Positions 10,206 to 19,388 of a DNA stretch of 64,000 nucleotides are shown piece after piece. The first letter of the stretch is position 1. Every line of letters starts with the position of its first letter. Position numbers and translations under genes: made by a program. The notes under the pieces were generated by a model, which ran no database searches, was not told the origin of the DNA, and saw only the letters and a program-made list of their open reading frames with translations. The DNA comes from an uncultured Armatimonadetes bacterium (GTDB lineage Bacteria; Armatimonadota; Hebobacteria; Hebobacterales; Hebobacteraceae): contig OY970296.1 of the NCBI GenBank assembly GCA_963716175.1, forward strand, positions 3,616,001 to 3,680,000. Direction: 5' to 3'.

Positions 10206-10231
10206 GGCGGGCACGCCAGTGTCCGCCCTAC
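10206..10231 (-). repeat. REP (family A) upstream of RAYT, overlapping the mutS2 stop
   Basis: GTAGGGCGGACACTGGCGTGCCCGCC on the minus strand. Confidence 0.85.
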
Positions 10232-12687
10232 AGGGGCTCCCCCAGCTCCACAATGGTCACGCCGGAGTCGCCCTGCCCGTGCTCGCCGAGGTGGAACGAC
10301 TTCACCAAAGGATGCTCCTTCAGCCGGGCGTGCACGGCCGCGCGAATGGCGCCGGTGCCCTTGCCGTGCACGATGCGAACGCGGTCGTGGTGGGCGAGGG
10401 CGGCGCGGTCGAGGTAGCGATCCAGCTCGTAGACGGCCGGCTCGGCGCGCAGGCCTCGCAGGTGCAGCTCTGGCGGCACCGGTCCCGGGTCGGCGCGCAG
10501 CTCCGGTGGCGTGCGGGTCACGGTCACCAGGGCCTCTGGCGCGCGCGCCAGATCGGAGACATCCACGGTCACGCGCAGAATGCCCACCTGCACCGCGACC
10601 TGCCCCTGCTCGTCAGGTGGAGACAGCACGCTCCCCCGCTGACCGATGCTCCGCACCGTCACCGCGTCGCCAGGCCTCAGGTCCCCCACCGGCTCCGGTT
10701 CCGGCTCCAGCTCGGCCGGCTTCTCCTCCTCCACCTCGGCAGTGGCCTCGGCCGCCTCCTCCGAGATTCCGGCCAGCTCCTGCCGCGCCACCTGGCTCAC
10801 CTCCGCGGGTTCCGCCACACGGAGGGCGGACGGATGCGGCAGCGCGTAGCGGGCGGCCTGCTCGGCCTCCCAAGCGATCGCCTCCTGGGCCGCCCTCGCC
10901 TCCTGCACGGACTGGCGCAGCAGGTTGAGTAAGTCCTCGGTGCGCTGCTTGGCGCGGGAGACAATGCGGCGGGCCTCGTCCCGCGCCTGGCGCAGAAGGT
11001 CCTTCCGCTCGTTTTTCAGCTCATCGAGCAAGCGCTGATACTCGCCGCGATTGCGCTCCAGGTCCATGCGCGCCTTCGCCGCCTCTCTCCGCTCCTCCGC
11101 GAGATCGCGCTGATCCCGTTCCGCCCGCTGGATCACCTCGTGCAGCGCCACCTGGGCCTCGCCCATGGTCGCCGCGGCCTCGCGCAGCACCGAGGCTGCT
11201 ATCCCCAGCCGGGAGGCGATGGCGAAAGCGTTGCTGCTGCCCGGCAGTCCGATGCGCACCTCGAAGGTTGGCTCCAGGGTCGCGGGGTCGAACTCCACGC
11301 TCGCGTTCTGGACACCGGGCTGAGTGTAGGCGAAGGACTTCAGCTCGCCGTAGTGGGTGGTGGCCATCACTCGCGAGCCTCGCCGCAGCAGCTCCAGGAT
11401 GATCGCCTTCGCCAGCGCCGACCCTTCCGCGGGGTCGGTGCCGGCGCCGATCTCGTCCAGCAGCACCAGGGAGTTGCCGCCGGCCTGATCGAGCACGTTC
11501 ACGATCTGCGTCACGTGGGAGGAGAAAGTGGAGAGGTTCTGCTGAATGCTCTGCTCATCGCCGATGTCGGCGAACACCTGGCTGTAGATCGCGATCCGGC
11601 TGCCAGACGCGGCCGGGATGTGCATCCCCGACTGCGCCATCAGAGTCAGCAACCCCACGGTCTTCAGAGTCACGGTCTTCCCACCGGTGTTGGGGCCGGT
11701 GAGGATGAGGGCGTTGAACTCATCCCCTAGCCGGATATCGATGGGCACCACGTTCCCGGCCAGCAGCGGGTGCCGGGCAGCGACCAGGTCCACCTTGCTC
11801 TGGGTGTTCAGCTCCGGCTCGGTCGCTCCCATCTGTTCCGCCAGGCCGGCGCGGGCGAAGATCAGGTCCAGCGCGGCCAGCGCGCGCATGGAGTCCAGGA
11901 TCTCATCGGCGCGCTCGCCCACCTGGAGGCTGAGCCTGGCGAGGATGCGGCGCACTTCGTGCTCCTCCGCCGCCTTCGCCTCCCGCAGCTCGTTGTTGGG
12001 ATCCACCACCAGGAAGGGCTCCATGAACACCGTGGCGCCGCTGGCCGAAGTGTCGTGCACGATGCCGCGGAACTCGCCCTTGAACTCGCTGCGCACCGGC
12101 ACGCAGTAGCGCCCGTTGCGCACCGTGACGATCGGCTCCTGGATGATGCGGGCATAGCGGGGGGAGTGGATGATCGCCTCCAGGCGCTTCTCCACCACGT
12201 CGTGCAGCCGGCGCAGGCGGGCGCGGATGGTCCTGAGTTGATCGCTGGCGCCGTCCACCACCTCACCGCGGTTATCTATGCTGCCTTCAATCGCCTGCTC
12301 GATCTCCTGGAATACGCCCAGCTCCTTTGCCTTCTCCACCACCAGGGGGGCGTCTACCTCTCCCCGCTGGAGGAAGGCACGCATGCGGCGAGAGGCATAG
12401 AGGGTGTCGGTCACCTCGAGTAAGTCCCGCGCCGCCAACACGCCGCCTCGGGCCGCGTTCAGCACTTGGGCGCGGACATCGTGAACCCCTCCCAGCGGCA
12501 CCCGGCCCGCGGCGGCGCGCAGCGCCCTCGCTTGCGTGGTCTCCGCCACCAGGCGGCGCACCACAGCGGGCTCCATCGCTGGCTCCAGCCGCGCGGCCAG
12601 CTCCTTGCCCAGCGCGCAGGAGGCCTGCTCGCCCAGGCGTTCGCGGATGGCGCCGTATTCCAGTACCCGGAGAGTGCGTGCGTCCAT
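10228..12687 (-). CDS. mutS2: Endonuclease MutS2
   Basis: TLRVLEY, GIVHDTSASGATVFMEP, TGPNTGGKTVTLK, LSTFSSH, C-terminal Smr domain LHLRG...IVHGKGTG. Confidence 0.96.
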   Translation of the reverse strand: MDARTLRVLEYGAIRERLGEQASCALGKELAARLEPAMEPAVVRRLVAETTQARALRAAAGRVPLGGVHDVRAQVLNAARGGVLAARDLLEVTDTLYASRRMRAFLQRGEVDAPLVVEKAKELGVFQEIEQAIEGSIDNRGEVVDGASDQLRTIRARLRRLHDVVEKRLEAIIHSPRYARIIQEPIVTVRNGRYCVPVRSEFKGEFRGIVHDTSASGATVFMEPFLVVDPNNELREAKAAEEHEVRRILARLSLQVGERADEILDSMRALAALDLIFARAGLAEQMGATEPELNTQSKVDLVAARHPLLAGNVVPIDIRLGDEFNALILTGPNTGGKTVTLKTVGLLTLMAQSGMHIPAASGSRIAIYSQVFADIGDEQSIQQNLSTFSSHVTQIVNVLDQAGGNSLVLLDEIGAGTDPAEGSALAKAIILELLRRGSRVMATTHYGELKSFAYTQPGVQNASVEFDPATLEPTFEVRIGLPGSSNAFAIASRLGIAASVLREAAATMGEAQVALHEVIQRAERDQRDLAEERREAAKARMDLERNRGEYQRLLDELKNERKDLLRQARDEARRIVSRAKQRTEDLLNLLRQSVQEARAAQEAIAWEAEQAARYALPHPSALRVAEPAEVSQVARQELAGISEEAAEATAEVEEEKPAELEPEPEPVGDLRPGDAVTVRSIGQRGSVLSPPDEQGQVAVQVGILRVTVDVSDLARAPEALVTVTRTPPELRADPGPVPPELHLRGLRAEPAVYELDRYLDRAALAHHDRVRIVHGKGTGAIRAAVHARLKEHPLVKSFHLGEHGQGDSGVTIVELGEPL

Positions 12688-12799
12688 GGAGAGTGATCGC
12701 CTTCAACTGTTAGTGTACCACACAGGCGCGAGGGCGGGGAAGAAGGGGCGGTCCGCCGCAGAGACGCAGCGGTCGCGGAGAGCGGATGGTATCGCGGCC

Positions 12800-12824
12800 G
12801 GCGGGCATAGCATGCCCGCCCTAC
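12800..12824 (-). repeat. REP (family A)
   Basis: GTAGGGCGGGCATGCTATGCCCGCC on the minus strand, 3 nt after the ABC binding protein stop. Confidence 0.85.
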
Positions 12825-12827
12825 AGG

Positions 12828-14120
12828 TTACTTGCTTGCCTCTAGGGCCTCCGTCACTTGCTCGGCCGCCTTCTTCGTTCCATCAGCAACCGAGACTTTG
12901 CCAATCCACATCATGTCGAGCTGCTCCTGGATGAAGTGGCTGATGCGATCCCAGTCGGGGATGTTGGGCGCGGCGTGAGCGTACTCCAGCGCCTCCACGA
13001 AAACGCGGCGGTTGTAGGCCACCTTCTGGCTCAGATAGGGCCCATTGGCCACCGACTGCCGGGAGGGCTGCTTCTCCAGCCCGGTCGCCATCACTGTCTG
13101 CGCCTGCGGCCCGAGTAGGAACTTAAACAGCTCCCAGGCCTCCTTGGGATACTTGGTCTTCGCGGCGATGGCGTAGTTCTCGGTGCCCAGCAGAGTGGCG
13201 TGCTGCTTCTTCTTGGGGAGGAGGGCGATGTCCCAGCGCAGAGTCTTCGCCTCCTGCATCGCCTGGATATCCCAGGCCCCCGTCTGGAACATGGCCACTT
13301 TCCCATTGGTGAACATGGCGATGTTCTGGCGCCTCTCGGCCATGGTGCTGGGAGGACAGACCCTGTACTTGTACCGGAGATTAACCAGGAACTGCAGCGC
13401 CTCTTGCGCCTCCGGCCTATCGAGCAGGCAGACCTTGCCACTGGGATCGAGAATCTCTCCCCCGTTCGCCCACACCCAGGGGTAGATGCGGGCGCCCCAG
13501 AAGTCTATCGTGCAGCCCATGCGCCTCCGCTCAGGGTCGGAGGTGTTCACCATGAGCTTCTGCGCGGCGGCCAGGTAATCGTTCCAGGTCCAGGAGTCAT
13601 CCGGATACTTGACCCCAGCGGCGTCGAAGAGGTCCTTGTTGTAGAACAGCACGTAGACAGAGGTGTAGCGCGGCAGGGAGTAGAGCTTGCCCTGCTTGCC
13701 CGCCGACCTTGTGGCGGGGTAGCGGCACGTCTCCACCAGCCTGGGGTAGAAGTCGCCCAGATCGAACTTCGGGTCATCCTTGATCAGCGGCTCCAGGTCC
13801 AGCAGCGATCCGTTCGCCGCCATGGGCATGAAGTAGGCGCCATGGATAGACATCACATCCGGCGGATTGCCGGCCGCCACCATCGCCTGGAGCTTGTCCA
13901 TGGCCCGGTCGCCGGGCTCATTGAGCACTTCGACACGCAGGCCAGGATGCTCGGCCTCGAACTCCTTGCAGAGCTTCTGGTTGGCCGCCAGCTCGGCCGG
14001 CCGGGTCCAGGTGAAGAGCGTGAGCTGGATAGGGCCGCGCTCCGCGACTGGCCGTTTCCCACCACAGCCGGCCAGCGCCACCAGCATAGAGCAGATAGCA
14101 AGCGCTCTCCATCTCATCAT
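12828..14120 (-). CDS. Sugar ABC transporter substrate-binding lipoprotein
   Basis: Lipobox LAGC, AAGNPPDV, LYSLP, LFYNKDLFDAAGVKYPDDSWTW, FTNGKVAM. No permease or ATPase adjacent. Confidence 0.9.
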   Translation of the reverse strand: MMRWRALAICSMLVALAGCGGKRPVAERGPIQLTLFTWTRPAELAANQKLCKEFEAEHPGLRVEVLNEPGDRAMDKLQAMVAAGNPPDVMSIHGAYFMPMAANGSLLDLEPLIKDDPKFDLGDFYPRLVETCRYPATRSAGKQGKLYSLPRYTSVYVLFYNKDLFDAAGVKYPDDSWTWNDYLAAAQKLMVNTSDPERRRMGCTIDFWGARIYPWVWANGGEILDPSGKVCLLDRPEAQEALQFLVNLRYKYRVCPPSTMAERRQNIAMFTNGKVAMFQTGAWDIQAMQEAKTLRWDIALLPKKKQHATLLGTENYAIAAKTKYPKEAWELFKFLLGPQAQTVMATGLEKQPSRQSVANGPYLSQKVAYNRRVFVEALEYAHAAPNIPDWDRISHFIQEQLDMMWIGKVSVADGTKKAAEQVTEALEASK

Positions 14121-14121
14121 C

Positions 14122-14877
14122 CTATCCCTCTCTCTCCCACCCTGGGCCAGGCGGACAGTCCGCGTCGGCCGGGATCACCGCCTCCCGCCGGGGCCGAAAG
14201 CCGCAGCTCCGGGATTCTTCGTCACAGTATCCCATAGCATTAGGGTGGCACTTCACCACCATGTACTTCGCGATCAGAGGGAACTGGGGCTCCAGCGCGC
14301 GGCGGCACTGCCCCAGCAGCTCGCGGATCTCCCACTGGGCCCGGCTGCACATCCGCACCCGGCACACGTGCAGCAGGTTGCGCAGGTTCGTGGTCCAGAT
14401 TAGGTTGGTCTTGCCGGCATTGGGGATGATGTAGCGCGCATCTTCTTGCGCCTGCTCGCCCTTCTTGCCCTCGGCCTTGAACTGGTCCACCACCGACCGG
14501 TAGTAACTCACCGTCTGCGCCACGACTGCTTCGAACCGCCCGCCATCCCCAGCCAGCGAGGCGGGCTTTACGAAGTAGTCCGGATCGCCTACATCCACGT
14601 ACCGCTGCGACTGCTGGTTGTAGGAGCCCATGCGGTGGCGCACCAGCTGATGCGAGCAGGCGCGGCTGATGCCCTCGATGCCGAAGGTGAATGCCGGGTG
14701 CTCGAGGGTCGAGCCGTGCCCTTGCCGGATCAGCTCCTCGAACAGCCGGCTGCGCAGCTCCTCTCGCCCGGCCCGCCGGTAGGCCTCCTCCGGGCTTCCC
14801 TTCTGATAGCAGAGCAGCGCCGCCGCCACCACCAGCCGCTCCGGCTCCGGGGTATGAGCAAGGAGTGTCACCCTCAA
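14122..14877 (-). CDS. thyX: FAD-dependent thymidylate synthase
   Basis: ThyX motif RHRMGSYNQQSQRY, GHGSTLEH, EDARYIIP, RAQWEIR. TTG start inferred at 14877. Confidence 0.95.
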   Translation of the reverse strand: MRVTLLAHTPEPERLVVAAALLCYQKGSPEEAYRRAGREELRSRLFEELIRQGHGSTLEHPAFTFGIEGISRACSHQLVRHRMGSYNQQSQRYVDVGDPDYFVKPASLAGDGGRFEAVVAQTVSYYRSVVDQFKAEGKKGEQAQEDARYIIPNAGKTNLIWTTNLRNLLHVCRVRMCSRAQWEIRELLGQCRRALEPQFPLIAKYMVVKCHPNAMGYCDEESRSCGFRPRREAVIPADADCPPGPGWEREG

Positions 14878-14898
14878 TGTTTGTCTCCGTGGGTGTGT

Positions 14899-15016
14899 GT
14901 AGGGCGGGCATTCCCATGCCCGCCAGTTTCTTCGCTGGGCAGGAGACACGCTCCTGCCCGACCGGAACGGCCGGCGGGCACGCCCATCGCCGCGCTCCGA
15001 GACATGCCCGCCCTAC
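14899..15016. repeat. REP doublet (family A)
   Basis: 14899-14924(+) and 14973-15016(-, expanded loop), with an extra hairpin at 14937-14959. Confidence 0.8.
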
Positions 15017-15116
15017 AGAGCTTCGCCGAATGAAGTAACACGGCGAAGCTCAAGAGGCGGCCCAGACGGGCACAGGGCGATGTCCGCACATTACTTCGTT
15101 GTGCGAACATCATTAG
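15013..15116 (-). mobile_element. Family B MITE-like element, copy 1 (104 bp including CTA/TAG ends, two hairpins)
   Basis: Near-identical to 49319-49422 and 56192-56295; flanked C-TA...TA-G. Confidence 0.85.
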
Positions 15117-16198
15117 AGGGGCTGGCAGCGGACGCGGGTAGGGGCGCCGTCTTCGATCTCGATATGCGTGCCCAGGATCGCCCGGGCGACCTGCGCGGCC
15201 GAGCGCAGGTGGTCTGTGGCCCGAGCCGTGGTGAACTCCGACCGGCCCTCGGCCAGGGCTAACCATACCAGCAACTGGTCGGCCAGGTGGCTGTCCACCG
15301 CGGCCTCACCTGCCAGCTCGGACAGCAGAGCCCGCGCGGCCTCCTCCCCTACTTGCTCGGCGCGCCGGCCCCGGCGGCCCAGGGCGCTGCCGCCGAGCCT
15401 ACTTCGCCGAAGCAGCCCAGGCTGTTCCGGCTGCGAAGGCTGAAAGCGTCGGCCCCCCTCGCACTCGGCCCAAAGCGTGATCGCGCAGCCCTCACTCCGG
15501 CCCGAGCTGCCGATCTCCAGCTCGATCTGCGCCTCCGCGTGACCCGCGGTTCGCAACACAGCGAGGGCCGCGTCTCTCATCCGCTGCGCGATATGCGCGG
15601 GCAGGCCCAGGCTGCACGCCCGGCCGCGAATGGACAACACCCTCCCCCTCTGCGTCCAGCCGATGGCGCGAAGAGTGGGTGAGGGAGAGATCCTCACCTC
15701 TATCTCGCCACCACCCCTGGGATAGAAGCCGCGCATCACCAGCCGGCTATCCACGGCGGGGCCAAGTTCGGCCAGCGCTGGGAGGAAGACCTGCGCGAAG
15801 TAATCGTAAGGAGGGGCGAAGGGAACATCGGTGCCGCCGACCAGGGTCAAGCTGGATTCGCTCGGCGCGTGCGAAAGCGCGGGCAAAAGGCATTGCAGCA
15901 CCAGGGTGAGGCTGCCCGCGGTGCCGACATCCAGCCGCCAGTCCGTCCGGCTCTCGATCTCACCCGGCCAGAACTCGATCTCGCGAGAGCCAATCTCTGC
16001 GCCCACCAGCTTCGCCCGGCAGGCCTGAGCCGCCGCCCTTACCGCCATCAGGTGCTGCGGCCGCAGGCCCGGCCGCGGTCTAGCGCCGCGGATGTTCGCC
16101 ACCCGAACGGGCCGGCCGCTCACCGCGGAGAGGGCCACCGCGTTGCGCAGGATCTGGCCGCCGCCCTCCGCGCCGTCAATGGTAACGGGATCGGGCAT
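15113..16198 (-). CDS. rtcA: RNA 3'-terminal phosphate cyclase
   Basis: IDGAEGGGQILR, RPGLRPQH, GGTDVPFAP, RGFYPRGGG, catalytic His motif DSHLADQL. Confidence 0.95.
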   Translation of the reverse strand: MPDPVTIDGAEGGGQILRNAVALSAVSGRPVRVANIRGARPRPGLRPQHLMAVRAAAQACRAKLVGAEIGSREIEFWPGEIESRTDWRLDVGTAGSLTLVLQCLLPALSHAPSESSLTLVGGTDVPFAPPYDYFAQVFLPALAELGPAVDSRLVMRGFYPRGGGEIEVRISPSPTLRAIGWTQRGRVLSIRGRACSLGLPAHIAQRMRDAALAVLRTAGHAEAQIELEIGSSGRSEGCAITLWAECEGGRRFQPSQPEQPGLLRRSRLGGSALGRRGRRAEQVGEEAARALLSELAGEAAVDSHLADQLLVWLALAEGRSEFTTARATDHLRSAAQVARAILGTHIEIEDGAPTRVRCQPL

Positions 16199-16216
16199 GC
16201 GGCAGTAGTTCACGAT

Positions 16217-16310
16217 GGCAGGGGCAAGCCCCTGCCCAACTGTGAGGTGGCCCTGTGCAGTAGGGCAGGTCCGCGACCTGCCCGGGCGGGCATGGGAATG
16301 CCCGCCCTAC
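16217..16310. repeat. REP cluster (family A and variants)
   Basis: 16217-16240(-), 16260-16283(+), 16285-16310(-). The last supplies the aminotransferase TAG. Confidence 0.82.
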
Positions 16311-17563
16311 AGGTCGGCGACCAACTCCTCGGCCTGCCCCACCGATTCCGCCAGCGCACCCAGCCCGCGGTCCAAGTCGTCCTCGGGGATGGTAAGGGCG
16401 GGTTCGATGCGGATCACCTCGGGATTGTTCAGGGTGTAGGCGGCGATCACCCGCCGCTGGAGCAGGCCCGCGATCACCAGCCCGGCGATGTCTGAATCGG
16501 TGAACTGGACCCCGATCAGCAGGCCCCGGCCTCGCACCTCGGCCACGATGCCGGGGTGCTCGGTCTTGATGGCGGCAAGGCGCGCCAGCGCATGCTCGCC
16601 CAGCCGCCGCGCCCGGGCCGGCAGATCTCTCTGCTGGATCTCGCGCAGCGCGGCCAGGCCCGCAGCACAGGCGAGAGGGTTGCCCCCCAGCGTGGAGGAA
16701 TGGAGATAGGGGTTGGTCTCCAGCGCGGCCCAGATCGGCGGGGTGCTGGCGAATGCGCCCAGGGGCATCACTCCCCCACCCAGCGCCTTCGCCAGACAGA
16801 TGATGTCCGGCGCCACCCCCGCTTGCTGGCAGGCGAACATGGCGCCGGTGCGCCCGAACCCGGTCTGGACTTCATCCAGGATGAGCAGCGCTCCAGTGCG
16901 ATCGCAGACCGCGCGCGCCGCTGCGAGATAATCGTCGGGGGGCACGATCACCCCGCCTTCGCCCTGGATCGGCTCCAGTATCACGGCTGCGGTCCGGCTG
17001 TCCACCTCCCTCTCCAGCGCGCCGGCATCGCCGAACGGCACTTGGGTCACGCCTGGCAAGAGCGGCTGAAAGGGCCTGCGGTATACCTCGCGCCCGGAGA
17101 CGCTGAGCGCGCCGAATGTCTTGCCGTGGAAGCCTCCCTCCGCGGCCACGATGCCAGGCCGGCCGCTGTGCAGCCGGGCCAGCTTGAGGGCCCCCTCCAC
17201 CGCCTCCGTCCCACTGTGACAGAAGAACGATTTCTCTATGGCGCCGGGCAGGAGATCGCCCAGCGCGGCCGCCAGGTCGGCGGCCGGTAGGCTGAAGAGC
17301 ACGCGGGAGGCCAGAGGCATACGGTCGAGCTGCTCCTTGACCGCTGCCACCACGGCCGGAGGCCGGTGGCCCAGGGCCATGGTCCCGAACCCGGAGAGCA
17401 GGTCCAGGTACTCCCGGCCCTCGCTGTCCCAGATGCTGGAGCCCTCGGCGCGCCACTCCACCGCTTCCGCGCCCATGAATTTGTGCAGGCTGGCGATGCC
17501 CGCGTTCAAGTAGCGCTGGTAGCGCGCCACCACCTGCCCGACATTGATGGTCTCGGCGCTCAC
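16307..17563 (-). CDS. Class-III PLP aminotransferase (putrescine/ornithine/acetylornithine-type)
   Basis: SGTEAVEGALKLAR, FHGKT, EPIQGEGG, DEVQTGFGRTG, AKALGGG, STLGGNP. Confidence 0.9.
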   Translation of the reverse strand: MSAETINVGQVVARYQRYLNAGIASLHKFMGAEAVEWRAEGSSIWDSEGREYLDLLSGFGTMALGHRPPAVVAAVKEQLDRMPLASRVLFSLPAADLAAALGDLLPGAIEKSFFCHSGTEAVEGALKLARLHSGRPGIVAAEGGFHGKTFGALSVSGREVYRRPFQPLLPGVTQVPFGDAGALEREVDSRTAAVILEPIQGEGGVIVPPDDYLAAARAVCDRTGALLILDEVQTGFGRTGAMFACQQAGVAPDIICLAKALGGGVMPLGAFASTPPIWAALETNPYLHSSTLGGNPLACAAGLAALREIQQRDLPARARRLGEHALARLAAIKTEHPGIVAEVRGRGLLIGVQFTDSDIAGLVIAGLLQRRVIAAYTLNNPEVIRIEPALTIPEDDLDRGLGALAESVGQAEELVADL

Positions 17564-17568
17564 TGCTC

Positions 17569-18987
17569 CTATCCCCGTGCTGGCGCCGCGGAGGGAGCAG
17601 CGGACGTGGCGGGAGCAAACTGCCGTCCGAGGGCCAGGTCGAGCTGGGCCACCGCCAGGTTGAGGCCATAGATGGCCTGGTTCAACCGCGTCTTTGCCCC
17701 CTCCAGGTTGGCCTCGGCATCGAGGATCTCGACACTGGTGCCGACGCCCTCCTGGTAGCGAAGGGTGGCGATGCGGTGGGCCTCCTGGGCCTGCTCTGTT
17801 TCCTTGTGCGCGGCCAGCAGCGAAGCTTGCGTCGCCTCCAGCGCCAGGTAGGCCGTCTTCACATCCAGGCCTACCTGAAGCCTGACAACCTCCACGCCCT
17901 GCTCGGCCTGCCGCAGCCTGGCTTGAGCGGCGCGGATCTCGCCCGTCACCTGGCCGGCGTTGAAGAGACTCCAGTTGGCGGACACCGAGAGCGCTCCGCT
18001 GCTCTGCGATACCACCAGCTCCGTCCCCGGGGGCAGGCCCAACTGCTCGCCGGCTACCGTGGTCTTGGGCAACAGGCTGTAGTCAATGCTGGCGGAGACG
18101 GTTGGCTTCCGCGCTGCCCGCGCGATGGAGACCTGGGCCTTGGCGGTGGCCACCTCGGCGCGCGCCACCTTGATGTCGGGACGCTGAGCCAGCGCTTCCT
18201 GGGTAAGGTCGGCCAGACCGGCCTCGGTGACCGACATCCGTGGGGGCGTGCTGAGCTTAGTCCCCGCTGGCAGGGAGACGCCCAGCGCAGTGCTGAAGCT
18301 CGCCCAATTCGTGTCCCGGCTGGCCCGGGCCGAGATCAGCTCCTGTTGCACGCGCGCCACCCGGGCCTCGGCCGCCAGCACGTCGTACTGGGGGGCCACA
18401 CCCGCCTCGTAGCGGAGCCTGGCGACACGCAGGTGCTCCTCGGCCGAGCTCACCACCTCCTCCGCCACTTTGACCCCCTCTTCTGCAGTCAGCACGGCAT
18501 AGTAATTCCCGCGAACCAGGAAGGCGATCTGCTGCTTGGCGCGGTCATGAGTGGCCTGGGAGCCGTGCAGCACGTTCCGCGCCGCCTCCACTCCCTGTCG
18601 CAGGCTGCCGGCCGTGTACAGGGGCTGGCTCAGGCTGAAGGTGGTGTTGTAGGTGGTGGTTCGCGACTGAAAGGTGAACGGAGGCAGGTTGACGGGAGTG
18701 ACGCGCTGGGAGCTGACCTCCAGGCGGGGCCCGAGGTACGATAGCGCCTGGATCACTTGACCGCGGCTTACCCACACCCCCTCCTGTGCGATCGCCACCG
18801 TGGGGTTGTACTGAAGCGCGATTCCTATCGCCTGCTCGACAGAGAGTGTGCTTGGCACCAGGCCCGGCGGCGAAGGAGCGACCGCGCCGATGTCGGGCGG
18901 CGCCTCCTCGGCCAAAGCAAGACAGGAGACGCAGGCCAGTGCCACTGCAAGCAGCAAGACGACTTTACACCTGGGCGAAACTGTCAT
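17569..18987 (-). CDS. TolC family outer membrane efflux protein
   Basis: Signal peptide, LSVEQAIGIALQYNP, two OEP repeats with RYEAG/RYQEG and DAEANL. Start inferred. Confidence 0.88.
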   Translation of the reverse strand: MTVSPRCKVVLLLAVALACVSCLALAEEAPPDIGAVAPSPPGLVPSTLSVEQAIGIALQYNPTVAIAQEGVWVSRGQVIQALSYLGPRLEVSSQRVTPVNLPPFTFQSRTTTYNTTFSLSQPLYTAGSLRQGVEAARNVLHGSQATHDRAKQQIAFLVRGNYYAVLTAEEGVKVAEEVVSSAEEHLRVARLRYEAGVAPQYDVLAAEARVARVQQELISARASRDTNWASFSTALGVSLPAGTKLSTPPRMSVTEAGLADLTQEALAQRPDIKVARAEVATAKAQVSIARAARKPTVSASIDYSLLPKTTVAGEQLGLPPGTELVVSQSSGALSVSANWSLFNAGQVTGEIRAAQARLRQAEQGVEVVRLQVGLDVKTAYLALEATQASLLAAHKETEQAQEAHRIATLRYQEGVGTSVEILDAEANLEGAKTRLNQAIYGLNLAVAQLDLALGRQFAPATSAAPSAAPARG

Positions 18988-19127
18988 GGGAACCCTCGGC
19001 CTCTCTGCGCGCATCCCGCGTCGGCCGCGGCCGCGCAGTGGAATCGCTAGGCTATTCTGCGGGCGCGCGACGCTTCCTGCCCGTAAGCGGGAGGCGGTAG
19101 GACGACTTCCCGGCGGCGCCGAAGCCA

Positions 19128-19340
19128 GTGACCGTGAACCAGCCGGCACCCATCCACCTGGGAGATGAGGTTCAGATGCGGAAGCCCCACGCCTGTGGGG
19201 CCAATCACTGGACCGTCATCCGCATCGGAGCGGATATTCGCATCCGCTGCCTGAACTGCGGCCGGGCGGTCCTCCTGCCCAGGACGCGGTTCCTGCGGGC
19301 GAGGAAGAAGGTGCTGAAAGCGGGGCCGGACACACTCTAG
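19128..19340 (+). CDS. DUF951 family protein
   Basis: [35 protein letters not shown]. Confidence 0.9.
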   Translation: MTVNQPAPIHLGDEVQMRKPHACGANHWTVIRIGADIRIRCLNCGRAVLLPRTRFLRARKKVLKAGPDTL

Positions 19341-19388
19341 GGCGGCATCTCCCGATGCCGCCAGGCGGGGTCCAGAGCCCCGCCCTAC
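19337..19388. repeat. Inverted REP doublet between convergent DUF951 and leuD, containing both stop codons
   Basis: CTAGGGCGGCATCTCCCGATGCCGCC(+) and GTAGGGCGGGGCTCTGGACCCCGCC(-). Confidence 0.8.
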
